Of a stretch of 64,000 nt of DNA, positions 40,001 to 52,406 are shown piece after piece (position 1 is the first letter of the stretch; every line of letters begins with the position of its first letter). Location: the NCBI GenBank assembly GCA_038087875.1, contig JAXLNO010002575.1:682001-746000 (forward strand), written 5' to 3'. The notes below the pieces were generated by a model that worked only from the letters and a program-made list of their open reading frames with translations, was not told the origin of the DNA and made no database searches. The position numbers and the translations under genes were made by a program. Origin of the DNA: Malacoraja senta (lineage: Eukaryota).

Positions 40001-40299
40001 CAAAAATGATGGAGGATTTTATGATGTACGTACTATTAATAGTCCTTACTATTCTCCATGTCTTCCTTGGTGAAACCAAACCTCGCCTATATCCACAAAC
40101 TCCAAGCACATATTCCCTTCTATATCCTTAAGCAATCCACCTTTTGCTGCAATGGTTGCCTCGCCAACAGTATGTCTGTCCCTTCCTTCTTTGTGTCCAT
40201 TTTGTATGTGTTAAATGTATATTCTTTAGTGTTCTTTTGCTTGTTTTGGGGGGGGGGGGTTGGGGGAGTTGTGGGAAACTTTTCCTAATCTCTTACCTC

Positions 40300-40830
40300 G
40301 ACGTTGATGCGATATTTTCTGTATCGTATCTCCGTCCACAATGCGGCCTAACATTGAGGAATGGCGGCCTTTGCTAGAGATCGACCGGGAGATCCATCGC
40401 AGGAGCCTGTGGACTTACCATCATGGAGCTCGCGATCCCTGTCGGGGATCGACTTTAGGGCTCCAACTGTGAGAGCCTGCAAGACTTTAACATCGCGGAG
40501 CCCGCGGTCCCAGGTCGAGACCGACATCCGGGACCTCCAAGCCGCAGGAGTTTCGACCGCTCCGACCTCTCCGATGCGGGAGTTTCGATTCCCCAATAGG
40601 GGTTTCGACCACCGACTGCAGATTGTTTGACTGCCCCGACCGCAGGAGATAAAGAGGAAGGAGATTAGACTTTATTGCTTTCCATCACAGTGAGGAATGT
40701 GCGGTCTCCTCTGTTGTGGATGTTTATGTTAACTTTTATGTTATTGTGTGTCTTGTTGCTTTTTTTAGTATGGTGTATGGTAGTCTGCATTTCAATGTAC
40801 CTTAATTGGTATATGTGACAATAAACTAAC
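40300..40830 (+). repeat. GC-rich LINE-tailed repeat, related to 43430-43905
   Basis: Both share GGGACCTCCAAGCCGCAG, CTTCCATCACAGTGAGGAATG-like and GTGGATGTTT segments, and a GTGA(C/T)..AATAAA tail. Confidence 0.55.
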
Positions 40831-41050
40831 CATGAAACCTTGAAAAAGATGTGGGATTTTCTGTAATCCGACTCACTAAAGCCACTTTGTGGCCTTTATT
40901 AGCCCCTTTAGTTTTAAGCTTTAGAGCAGTTGTTCTTAATCTTTTTGGCCCCACGACCCCATCGGGCATTCTTGATCAGTACCATGACCTCTGAAACAAA
41001 ATTTGAAAAAAAACAGCCCGATTTATTAAAACATGTCAGCCAATGCTCAG

Positions 41051-42830
41051 TCAATGGGATGGCTGAAATTGCTTCGCAGTCATCAGGCAATCAAAACATG
41101 GATGAATGCTCGACAGGCAGCATCTCATGTCAGTGTCGATCACAAGCCTATTGCGTACCTTCGTTTTCAGAGTTACCATAGTGGAGAATCCACCCTCACA
41201 GTGAGAGGTTGAGGGGGACTGGACCAATAGGGTCAGGGCCCTCTTCGAAAGAGCAGGACAGTCCTTCACTTTCAGCCAAAATGTGGCGAGCTCTTGTTCC
41301 ATGAAGTCACTCTTGAGCTGCGCATCTTCACAAATTCGGTAAAATTCAACCTTCGCTGTCACATCAGTATCACTGATGCCACCGCCTTCAACGGAAAAGG
41401 GTCGGAAGATCCACTGATCACGAGAGCGGTCGTCCAGTCTGGGGAAGTAACATTCGATGGCTTCACTAATTGCCAGAAGGTGGGTTGAGATCTCCTCATG
41501 GAAGTGGCATTCAGCATCAGGCGTAGCATCGAGGAGAGTCGTCATCTCAGGGAAGATAGTTGAGTCACCGTCCTGGACTCTTCTCTGGTAAAGATTCCTC
41601 CTGAATGCTGCCACTTTGCCATTGGGAGGTTTCCTTGAAGTGACAGGTTCAAGGAATTCACCTCAGCGAAGAAGTCAGCCAAGTAAGCAACCTTCATCAC
41701 GAACAGTTCAACCTGCATCTTTTCATGAAGCTGATTCTCCTTCTCAGTACCCCTTCTCTCCAAGAACAGCGCTATTTCCTCTCAACGTTGAATCACATGA
41801 TTGAGAAATTTACCAGTGCGAAAGCCAGCGCACCTCTGTGTGGAATAACAGAATAGTGAAATCGGCGCCCATTTCTTCACACATCGCTTTGAAGATTCTT
41901 GAGTTTGTTGCACTCTCTCGGATGTGGTTCACAATCTTCACCACATCTGAAAGCACTTCTCGAAGACCAAGAGGGAGAGTCTTCATCACTAAAGCATGGT
42001 GATGTATCATGCAGTGGGTGAAGGAGACATGGGGAGCGACATCCTTCACGAAGGCTTGGAAACCGGATCTGCAGCTGACCATGGAAGGTGCCCCAACTGT
42101 ACACATCCCGACAAGGCATTCCCACCAAGCTCATGTTTGATGAGGAAGGCTTCCAGCATTCTGAACACATCTTCTCCCCGAGTGGTAGTAGCCAATGGGT
42201 CCGAGAACAGGTACTCCTCCGCATGGCTTCTCCATTGAGGTAATGAACGTAGACTAGCAGTTGGGAACATGAGGCAACATCTGTTGGCTCTCCCAGTTGC
42301 AGTGAATACACTGGACTGCTCGTCACAGCCCTCACTACTTGTAGCAGAATATCATTACTCATATCCGAGATTCAACTTTTGACTGTGTCATTCAAAAGGG
42401 AAATCTGCCTGAACTTGTTTGACTGCTCTTCCCCCAGCACCAACTTCGCTGTTTCGAGAAGGCGTGGCTTGATAAGCTCTTCACCGATGCTGTGAGGTTT
42501 CTTAGTCTGTGCGATTCGATAAGCAATCCGGTATGAAGCCTCCAACGCTGCTTCATTTTGATGAGCACAGTTACCCATTGAATAGATGTGGGATCCCTTG
42601 AGTACGGCTTCTTTTCGTTTGAAATAGTCCCCGCTCTTCCCCGCCAGGTTACTGTGACAAGACTCCAAATGGATCTTCAGTTTGCTGGGCTTCATGCTCT
42701 CGTGACTCAAAACCTTGGCACAGAGAACACATCGCGGCTTGACCACGGATTTTGAACAATGCTTGTGAAGCCCAACTTGAGAAATGTTTCACTATACGTG
42801 CGCGTCTTGGAAGACATGGTTCACAACACA
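41051..42830 (-). pseudogene. hAT transposase, frameshifted
   Basis: KPRCVLCAKVLSHESMKPSKLKIHL (BED-like), SIGEELIKP, THCMIHHHAL, LFHTEVRWLS, AYLADFFAEVNSLNLSLQG, CEGGFSTMVTLKTKVRNRL. Confidence 0.92.
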
Positions 42831-44556
42831 CACTGTTTGTGCGTGTATACGCAGGGCCTGAGAGGAATTTTATCAGTGGGTACAAAGTTTATTTTGGGCC
42901 TCATTCCCTTCTCCATTAGTCATCCTGTTTTTATCCACTATGCTACAGTTTTATGCCATGAGCTGGAGACTGCACGGCAAAAAGGGGTATGGAAGATGAG
43001 AGAGGGGTGGGATGGGGCGCTCTGTTGATTTTCTGCATTTGAGGCCTTATGTCTCTATACACCCTCCATGATAAATATAAATAAGTATAAATAAAATAAA
43101 AGGATCAGAAAGCTCATTTGTTTTCCTTCACTCTATTGATGCTGCCTCACCCGTTGAGTTTCTCCAGCATTTAATCTAGCTTTGTTTTGAACATCTTTGT
43201 TTATGCTACAATACAGATAAGGAGAAAGAATTCACATTGAAACATCTTTTTATGTTTCAATGCAGTTCATATCATCAAAAGACATAATTATTTGTAAAAA
43301 GTAAAAGATTTATTATATAAATTTATTTTATATAAAGAGGTTTCCTGGCCTTTTTTTGTGAAAAATGTCAAATCACAGCATAAAAATGTATTGTTCTGGC
43401 AATGTATGATTCAATACTATTGATTCAATACGTTGACACCGTGGAGCTGTGGTCTGCGGAGCTTCTAACCGCGGGCGTGGCGTGGACTTACCATCCGGAT
43501 CCTGGGATCCCTCGCCGGGGATCACCAGAGACGAGCTCGAACCGCTGGCTCACATCCTGAAGCTGCGGTCTCCAGCAGGAAAGTGCCGAGTCGGGACCTC
43601 CAAGCCGCAGAGTGTGTTTGTCCGTCCCAACGTCGGAGTTTGGATCATCCCGACGAGAGGGCCTTGTACATCGGGCCGTCCCTGGATGCGACTACGGAGG
43701 GGTTATGGCTCCGAACACGGGTGAACAAAGGAGGAAGACTGGCTGAAACTTGTTGCCTTCTACCACAGTGAAAAATGCTGTAGTGGATGTTTGTGTTCAA
43801 TTTTATTGTGTATTGTGTGTTCTTTTTACGTGTATCACTGCTGGCAAATTCACTTCACTGCACCTTCGGGTGTATGTGATGAATAAAACTGACTTTAACT
43901 TTGAATACTTAGCCTGGCCAAATCCACAAGACGTTCATGAGACATTGTCGACCTTAATCAGCTTGAGTTTGCTAAATGACCTCTCTGCAGAAGCTACTGT
44001 TGCTGGAATTGTTAATAGTATTCTGAAGCTAACACAAACATTTGGAAACAGGTTACCAAGTCAATAGTCTGTTAACAAGTTCAACAGATCTAATGGTTTT
44101 AATTTCATTTATAAAATTCACCCTCCCACTAACACACACATACACTCAGACACACACTCACTCACCTACTCACATACACCCACACACATACACACACCCT
44201 CACCCACGCACTCAGCCACACACATACACACACCCTCACCCACTCACTCACACACACCCATCCACACACTGACCCAAACCCAGGCCCGGACCACTGAAAC
44301 AGACGCGGCTGCCGACTCTCACCACCTCCCCGGGCGAGGCCACCGCAGCCACTGTCGCCGACCTTCACTCTCTTCAGAAAGCCAATGATGCTGCTGCCCA
44401 TATCTCTACTCCAGCTCCCCACGGGCCTCCACCAGCGACTCTGCCGACCCTCGCCTCTCCACCGGCCACCAGCGGGCCAGACCGTCACCTCACCAGAGTT
44501 CCCAGCATAGCACCAGGCCCACAACCTAAACCATGCAGCCAGCACATGGTCTGATT

Positions 44557-44805
44557 GCTGGCTCCTAGTGCTCCCCCCCTCCCTCCTACAGGGAAGACCC
44601 ATCAATAGTGATGACTCTGCTGGGTCCTAGTGCTCTCCCCCCTCCTTCTCCTACAGGGAAGATCCATCAGTAGTGATGACTCTGCTGGGTCCTAGTGCTC
44701 TCCCCCCTCCTTGTCCTACAGGGAAGATCCATCAGTAGTGATGACTCTGTTGGGTCCTAGTGCTCTCCCTCCTCCTACAGGGAAGACCCATGAGTAGTGA
44801 TGGTT
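44557..44805 (+). repeat. Minisatellite, 4 units of 62-65 bp
   Basis: Unit CCTAGTGCTCTCCCCCCTCCTTCTCCTACAGGGAAGATCCATCAGTAGTGATGACTCTGCTGGGT starts at 44564, 44626, 44691 and 44756. Confidence 0.92.
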
Positions 44806-45826
44806 CTTCCCCTTCCCCCTCTTTTAATCAGGTTACCCCGACCACACACCCGCCAGTTAAAATTCCCTGCTATATTATGGATCACAATTTCTACGAATTA
44901 CGATATATAAAACTCTGATGGCACAAAATGTGAATGCTAGTCTTCACAAAATATATGCAAACATTTTCTGAGATTTCACGAAATTCCCACCCCCCCTCCT
45001 TCAGCTCCCGGGCTCCTATTGGACTCTGGGCCCGGGTACGATGTACCCCCTGCACCCCCCTCTCATAGGCCCTGTGTATACGTACGCGCATTCGTGAACA
45101 AAATACTGTGTGTGGTATGTACCTTTGTTAGGTTCCTCAAAATAGGCTCAACAAATTGATGTTCTTTACAACCCCTTCATGACCCCCGGAAAACCCCCAA
45201 ATGACCCCCATGGGGGTCATGACCCCCAGGTTAAGAACCACTGCTTTGGAGATACATTGCTGAAACAGGCCCTTCAGCCCATACTAGGGACAATTTACAA
45301 TTATACCAAGCCAATTTACCTGCATCTCAGAGAAAAGCCACACAGGTTACGGGGAGAACATGCAAACTCCGTACAGTCACCACTCGTAGTCAGGTTCAAA
45401 CCCGGGTCTCAGGTGCTGCAAGGCAGCAACTCGTGTAAGGCCACGATCTCTTGGCTTTGCTTTTAGTTATTATCATGTTTTATCTTCTATTGTGTTCTTT
45501 TTGCTTATTGCATATAAACAAATGTAAAGCTGCACATAAGGTTGGATCTTTTCGAGGCCCGAGCTGACCCATCTTTTACCACAAAAGTGCTTCCTATATT
45601 TAGAGAAACATAGATATAATAAGGCTCACCCCTCATGGGCATTGAAGGCTTTCTCTAAAATATGGAGACCATTAAGCTGTTCACTGCCAAGTTTATTTTT
45701 CACTATTGGCCATGATCCTTAGTGTACTCGGCGGTGGCATTGAACAGGTTAAAGATATCCAGTGATTGAACAGGTTAAAGATATCCAGTGATGTGTAGCT
45801 GCGCTACCCTTCCTTGGTATTTTTAA

Positions 45827-46503
45827 GGGCCTGTCCCACTTACGTGTCCTTGGCACACAAATTATGCGACCTCGTGGTCGCGTTGAGGCTCACGGGCATC
45901 GTATGGCCGCGCGGGACCGGTCTCACTGAGAAGCGCGGAGGGGTATGTAGTTGTGCGCGACATCGCGCGGGGCTCCAATAATTTTGTAGTGAACGAAATC
46001 TTCGCGCGCCAACGGCCTGTCGCGGAACTGACGGCCAAAGTGGGACAGGCCCAAGACCCTGGCGCGACGCAAAGTCTCACTTTCAACAGGAGCAGAAGCA
46101 GGCAGACGATCGCCGAACTCGGCCTGGGGCTCACGGCCGTTGCGGTCCAGATCCGCCCCCACTTCTACTCCCAGAGCGGGGCCAAGAAAATTGAAGATAC
46201 ACGAAATGCAGGAGTAACTCAGCGGGACCGGCAGCATCTCTGGAGAGAAGCAATGGGTGATGTTTCGGGTCAAGACCCTTCTTTTCAGACTGAAGAAGAG
46301 TCTCGACATGAAACGTCATCTATTCCTTCTCTCCAGAGATGCTGCCGATCCCGCTGAGTTACTCCAGCTTTGTGTCCATCTTCAAATGACGTCACGCGCT
46401 CCAGACGGCTGTACGTACGCATGTAATCGCGCCCGACCTTCGCCGGACCATCGTGGCTCAACGCGTAATATGCGTGCCAAGGACACGCAAGTGGGACAGG
46501 CCC
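45827..46503. mobile_element. CpG-rich MITE with 30-bp TIRs (Harbinger- or Kolobok-like; superfamily unresolved)
   Basis: GGGCCTGTCCCACTTACGTGTCCTTGGCAC at 45827-45856 vs its inverse at 46474-46503 (29/30); flanks TTAA and CTTTA. Confidence 0.8.
46288..46319 (+). ncRNA. Minimal hammerhead-like motif in a palindromic terminal-repeat dimer
   Basis: CTGAAGA-AGAGTCTCGACAT-GAAA-C-GTC; core and ACGTC intact, stem II weakened. Confidence 0.45.
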
Positions 46504-46962
46504 CTTTACTTAGATGATTCATTCCCTCTGGCATTGATTGATGAATCAAAGTGGGGGGGGGGGGTGATGGAATTTGTAAGGATTTGCTGAAGTCAGTTTG
46601 CTTAAACTGTGAACTTTAGCCCAGACAAAGAACAGTTTGTGAACTCAAGGTTATAACTGATAAAAACCTAGGCACAACTGTGAAAAACAACCCTTTATTA
46701 GGATGAAGGTAATGAGCTAATGCCAACCATTCCCCTGGGACCAGGATTAACAAGGAAGGGTCAAAACTTGGATGATGTTTTCATTCCAATAAGAAACTCT
46801 ACAAACAATGATAGCTGAATAAAACATACTTATGTTGTATAGATGAAGAGCCTCCTTTTCAAGCTGCTTTCTGCAGTCTTTTAGTTGTTCTGCAGATCCT
46901 TTACATTCTCTCGTTTTCGTGTTTTCAAGAAACACCACAATTAGCCGAATGTATACTAATTA

Positions 46963-48890
46963 TAGAAACATAGAAAAATAGGCACAGGAGTAGGCCATTC
47001 GGCCATTTGAGCCAGCACCGCCATTCAATATGATCATGCCTGCATCTAGAATCAGTAACCCATTCCTGCTTTTAGAAACATAGAAACACAGAATATAGTT
47101 GCAGGAGAAGGCCATTCGGCCCTTCGAGCCAGCACCGCCATTCAATATGATCATGGCTGATCATCCAACTCAGTATCCTGTACCTGCCTTCTCTCCATAA
47201 CCCCTGATCCCTTTAGCCACAAGGGCCACATCTAACTCCCTCTTAAGTATAGCCAATGAACGGGCCTCAACTACATTCCGTGGCAGAGAATTCCAGAGAT
47301 TCACCACTCTCTGTGTAAAAAATGTTTTTCTCATCTCAGTCCTAAAAGATTTCCCCTTTATCCTTAAACTGTGACCCCTTGTTCTGGACTTCCCCAAAAT
47401 CGGGAACAATGTTCCTGCATCTAGCCTGTCCAACCCCTTAAGAATTTTGTAAGTTTCTATAAGATCCCCCCTCAATCTTCTAAATTCTAGCGAGTACAAG
47501 CCGAGTCTATCCAGTCTTTCTTCATATGAAAGTCCTGACATCCCAGAAATCAGTCTGGTGAACCTTCTCTGTACTCCCTCTATGGCAAGAATGTCCTTCC
47601 TCAGATTAGGAGACCAAAACAGTAGGCAATACTCCAGGTGTGGTCTCACCAAGACCCTGAACAACTGCAGTAGAACCTCCCTGCTCCTCAAATCCTTTTG
47701 CTATGAATGCTAACATACCATTCGCTTTCTTCACTGCCTGCTGCACCTGCATGCCTACTTTCAATGACTGGTGTACCATGACACCCAGGTCTCGTTGCAT
47801 CTCCCGTTTTCCTAATCGGCCACCATTCAGGTAATAGTCTACTTTCCTGTTCTTGCCACCAAAGTGGATAACCACACATTTATCCACATTATACTGCATC
47901 TGCCATGCATTTGCCCACTCACCCAGGCTATCCAAGTCACCTTGCAGCCTCCTAGTACCCTCCTCACAGCTAACACTGCCCCCCAGCTTCGTGTCATCCG
48001 CAAACTTGGAGATGTTGCATTCAATTCCCTCGTCCAAATCATTAATATATATTGTAAATAGCTGGGGTCCCAGCACTGAGCCTTGCGGTACCCCACTAGT
48101 CACTGCCTGCTATTCTGAACCCGATTACTCCTACTCTTTGCTTCCTGTCTGCCAGCCAGTTCTCTATCCACATCAATACTGAACCCCCAATACCGTGTGC
48201 TTTAAGTTTGTATATTAATCTCTTATGTGGGACCTTGTCGAAAGTCTTCTGAAAGTCCAGATATAACACATCCACTGGTTCTCCCTTATCCACTCTACTA
48301 GTTACATCCTCGAAATTTTTTATAAGATTCGTCAGACATGATTTACCTTTCATAAATCCATGCTGACTTTGTCCAATGATTTCACCATTTTCCTAATGTG
48401 CTGCTATCCCATCTTTAATAACTGACTCTAGCAGTTTCCCCACTACCGATGTTAGACTAACTGGTCTGTAATTCCCCGTTTTCTCTCTCCCTCCCTTTTT
48501 AAAAAGTGGGGTTACATTAGGTACCCTCCAATCCTCAGGAACTACTCCAGAATCTAAAGAGTTTTGAAAAATTATCACTAATGCATCCACTATTTCTGGG
48601 GCTACTTCCTTAAGTACTCTGGGATGCAGCCTATCTGGCCCTGGGGATTTATCGGCCTTTAATCCATTCAATTTACCTAACACCACTTCCCGGCTAACTT
48701 GGATTTCACTCAGTTCCTCCATCTCATTTGAGCCCCGGTCCCCTGCTATTTTCGGCAGTTAATTAAGTCTTCCTTAGTGAAGACAGAACCAAAGTAGTTA
48801 TTCAATTGGTCTGCCATGTCCTTGTTCCCCATGATCAATTCACCTGTTTCTGACTGCAAGGGACCTACATTTGTTTTAACTAATCTTTTC
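46963..48890 (-). mobile_element. CR1 LINE, 5'-truncated young copy with duplicated 3' end
   Basis: RT motifs YLDFQKTFDKVPH, GVPQGSVLGP, KFADDTK, RPHLEYC, VNLWNSLP; (TTTCTATG)-type 8-bp tail repeats at 46963 and 47073. Confidence 0.93.
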
Positions 48891-49779
48891 CCCCATATCC
48901 CTTGATTCCTTTAGCCTTAAGAGCTAAATCTAACTCTCTCTTGAAAGTACGTTGTTTAGATAAGAGCCTTCTTTTCAAGCTTCTTTCTGCGGTCTTTTAG
49001 TTGTGTTTTGCAGGTGCTTTAGTTTGTCTCGTCTTCTCTCTGCTGAATATGTAACAACTACAAGCTGTGAATAACAAAAAATCCTTGAAAACTAACACTG
49101 GACTGCGAGTGTGAGTACAAAGCATGTTCTAATGTGACCCAACTTCAGTCTGAAGTAGGATCCTCACGCGAAATATCTGCCTTCCCATGTTCTCCAAAGA
49201 TGCCACTTGACCCGTTGAGTTCCTTAGCACTTTGTGTGTGGAGGAAAGCAGCCTCTGCTCTTCCTTTCATCTACAATTGTTAAATAGTTCAATCCAGACA
49301 ATTACTTCAATTTTACACTGTTGACTAAAATGAGAAAGAAGACAGTTCAAGGATAAATAACTGCCCATCAATCCATGTGACAGAGAAAGAGGCCTTTCAG
49401 CCTCCTGAGCCCACTCTAGCCCAGAGAACAAAACCATTCCACCACTAATTTTCCCCAAAACGGATCTTCCTCATTTCTATCAATGCCACAAATCCACCTA
49501 TTTGCAGCAGTGGCTTAATCTACTAAATCAGCACATTTTGGTATGTGGGAGGAAACTGGAGAACAAACATTGTCACAGGGAGAATGCTTATACTCCACAC
49601 AGACTGCACTGGAGATGATTGAACACGGATCACAGGAGCTATGAGGCAGCAGCGCTCTTTGCTATAAAGCAGTCATAGAGAGTCACACAGCAGGGAAACA
49701 AGCCTTTTGGCCCAACTTGTCCAAGCTAATCATGATACCCCATTTAAGCTAGTCCCATTTACCCTGCAATGGGTAGACA

Positions 49780-50280
49780 TCATTCAAAACGTTTCTCTCT
49801 AGATGTCAGCTGCTCTACATCGGTGAGACCAAGCGCAGGCTTGGCGATCGTTTCGCTGAACGCCTCCGCTCGGTTCGCAACAACCAACCTGATCTCCCGG
49901 TGGATCAGCACTTCAACTCCCCCCTCCCATTCCAAATCCGACCTTTCTGCCCTCGGTCTCCTCCATGGCCAGAGTGACGACCACCGTAAATTGGAGGAGC
50001 AGCACCTCATATTTCGCTTGGGCAGTTTACACCCCAGCGGTATGAACATTGACTTCTTTAATTTCAGGTAGTCCTTACTTTCTCCTCCCCATCTCAGCTC
50101 TCCCTCAGCCCACTGGCTCCACCTTTCCCTTTCTTTTTCCTGCGTCCCCCCCCCTCCCCCTCCCCCCCCACCCTCACATCAGTCTGAAGAAGGATTTTCG
50201 GCCCGAAACGTTGCCCATTTCCTTCGCTCCATAGATGCTGCCTCACCCGCTGAGTTTCTCCAGCACTTTTATCTACCTAT
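49780..50280 (+). mobile_element. Penelope-like element 3' part (GIY-YIG C-terminus plus terminal repeat)
   Basis: LYIGETKRRLGDRFAE...RKLEEQHLIFRLGSLHPSGMNIDFFNFR*, then a hammerhead-like motif at 50184. Confidence 0.9.
50182..50214 (+). ncRNA. Minimal hammerhead-like motif directly downstream of the Penelope ORF
   Basis: GT-CTGAAGA-AGGATTTTCGGCCC-GAAA-C-GTT-GC; ACGT palindrome kept, stem II partly mutated. Confidence 0.5.
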
Positions 50281-52406
50281 GCATGCCCCTGTCCATGTGT
50301 CTATTAAATATTGTTATTGTACCTGCCGCAACTCCATTCTCTGGCAGGTCATTCCATATGCTGACCACTCTCTGAGCACAAAGATTGTCCCAAGTTCCAA
50401 TTAAATCTTTCCCCTCTCACATTAAACCCATGTCCTCTGGTTATTTTATTCCCCTTCTCTGGGTAAAAGGCTCTGGGCATACACTCTATCAATTCCCCTC
50501 ATGATTTTAAGCACCCCTATATGATCACCCCTCAGCCTCCTGTGCTCCATGGAATAAAGCCCTGGCTTGCCCAATCTCTCCCTCTTGTTCACACCCTTGA
50601 GCCCCGACAATATGCTCATAAATCTCATAAACATAACAATGTTGCAGATAATATGTGCACCATAAATAATGCAAATAAAAAAACGTATTTTTGAAGGCAA
50701 TATGATTCAATAAACATGGTTCAATGAATCAGATGATAATGTAATAAACGGCATTCACATGTATTCACATATAATTTGAAAATAATAATAAATATTGCAA
50801 GATGTGGAAAATTGATAGAAATTATGCCCAGTGCATAATATTTTGATGTATTGTTCCCTGTTAGTACCCTCACCCTGTTTTAGTCCAGTTAAAGATTAAT
50901 AATATAATTTGTTTAATGTGTAACCGAAGAGGTAACAAAAAGCAATGTTTTCAGAAATAATTAATCATGAATGAATGATACTTTATAGTGACATGTGACA
51001 AGTCACAGTGAAATTCTTTGTTTTGTAAACCCAACGTATGTAAAGATTCTTCACATAAAGGGCACCGACAAAGTTATAAAGTCTCCCACACCAGGTCCTC
51101 CTTTGTCCCCCACCTCACGATGGTTCCCCCACGTCTAGTCCTGCTTTGTTCAATGGTACACTACGAATTTCATTGAATTAACACAGTAATGGTGATAGGA
51201 CTTATTGATTTACAATATAAAACATGTCCAATTCCAACTTATATGGATATACAAGTGTGGTGCAGACGGATTTGGACAGCTTACTTTACAATTGGTGCCC
51301 AAGATAATTTAGAGATATAGCACGAAAACAGCCCTTAGAGTCCACAGTGACCAGTGATCCCCTTTGGCATACAGGCTTGGAGTGTGGGAGGAAACCGGGG
51401 CACCCGGGGAAATCCCACGCAGGTCACGGGGAGTACGTACAAACTCTGTACAGACAGCACCTGAGGCCAGGATCAACCCTGGGTCTCTGGCACTACGGCA
51501 GCATCACTACGGCTGAACCACAATGGCATTTAGGTTATCCTTTAAATATTTCACACAACTTTTCATTCAAAATTTGTCAATAAAAGTAAAAACAATTGGT
51601 GAGGTACGCAAGGGATTTTAACCATTCAAAAAGCCACCAACATTTCAATGATTTGTAAAATGCTGGAACACACAGCAAGTTCAACAGAACCTATGGAAAG
51701 AGAAACAAAATTAATGCTTCAGAATTGTGAGAATGTGTAAGTTACAGACAGGAGTGGGAGGCATGGTTGGACATAGCGGGTATCACTAATAAGGTAATGA
51801 CAGGTTTCCATGGTGATAAACTGACAATGAAGCCATCAGACAACGGCATTTTTGGTTTTTATTTCACATTTGCAGCATCTGCAGTTCTTAGGTTAGTGAC
51901 TTAGCATGGAAACGGGCCATTCTGCCCACCAATTCCATGCCAACCATCGATCATCTTTCACACTAGTTCTATGTTATCCCAAAATGGACACAAAATGCTG
52001 GAGTAAGTCAGGGGGAACACTCTGTCTGAGGAAGGGTCTTGACCTGAAAAGTCATCCATTCCTTGTATCCAGAGATGCTGCCTGTCCCGCTGAGTTACTC
52101 CAGCACATTGTGCCTATCTTTGCTGTAAACCAGCACCTTCAGTTCCTTCCTACACATGTATGTAATCCCACTTTCTCACCCATTCTCAGCACACAAGAGT
52201 AATTTACAGAGCCCAATTAACCTACAAACTCTCACGTTTTCAAGATATGGGACGAAACCGGAGCACCTGGAGGAAATATCTGTGGTCACAGGGAGAACGT
52301 GTAGTCAGGATCAAACCTGGGTCTCTGGCACAGCGAGAAATTTCTTTGAGGTGTTTTTTTATGAACATTGATCACACTCCAAATGTATAGAAATGAATGA
52401 ACTAAC

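Larger units (their letters stand above)
40927..45243 (-). mobile_element. hAT DNA transposon (Charlie/Buster, ZBED5/SCAND3-like transposase), decayed, with internal insertions
   Basis: TIRs CAGTTGTTCTTAATC and GGTTAAGAACCACTG (13/15 match); 8-bp TSD ctttagag/ctttggag; GACCCC subterminal repeats. Confidence 0.85.

Noticed and set aside
46747-46938. Coiled-coil-like ORF (QLKDCRKQLEKEALHLYN) suggesting a TRIM/butyrophilin exon
   Set aside because: No usable acceptor, and the related copy near 48960 has stops in all three frames.
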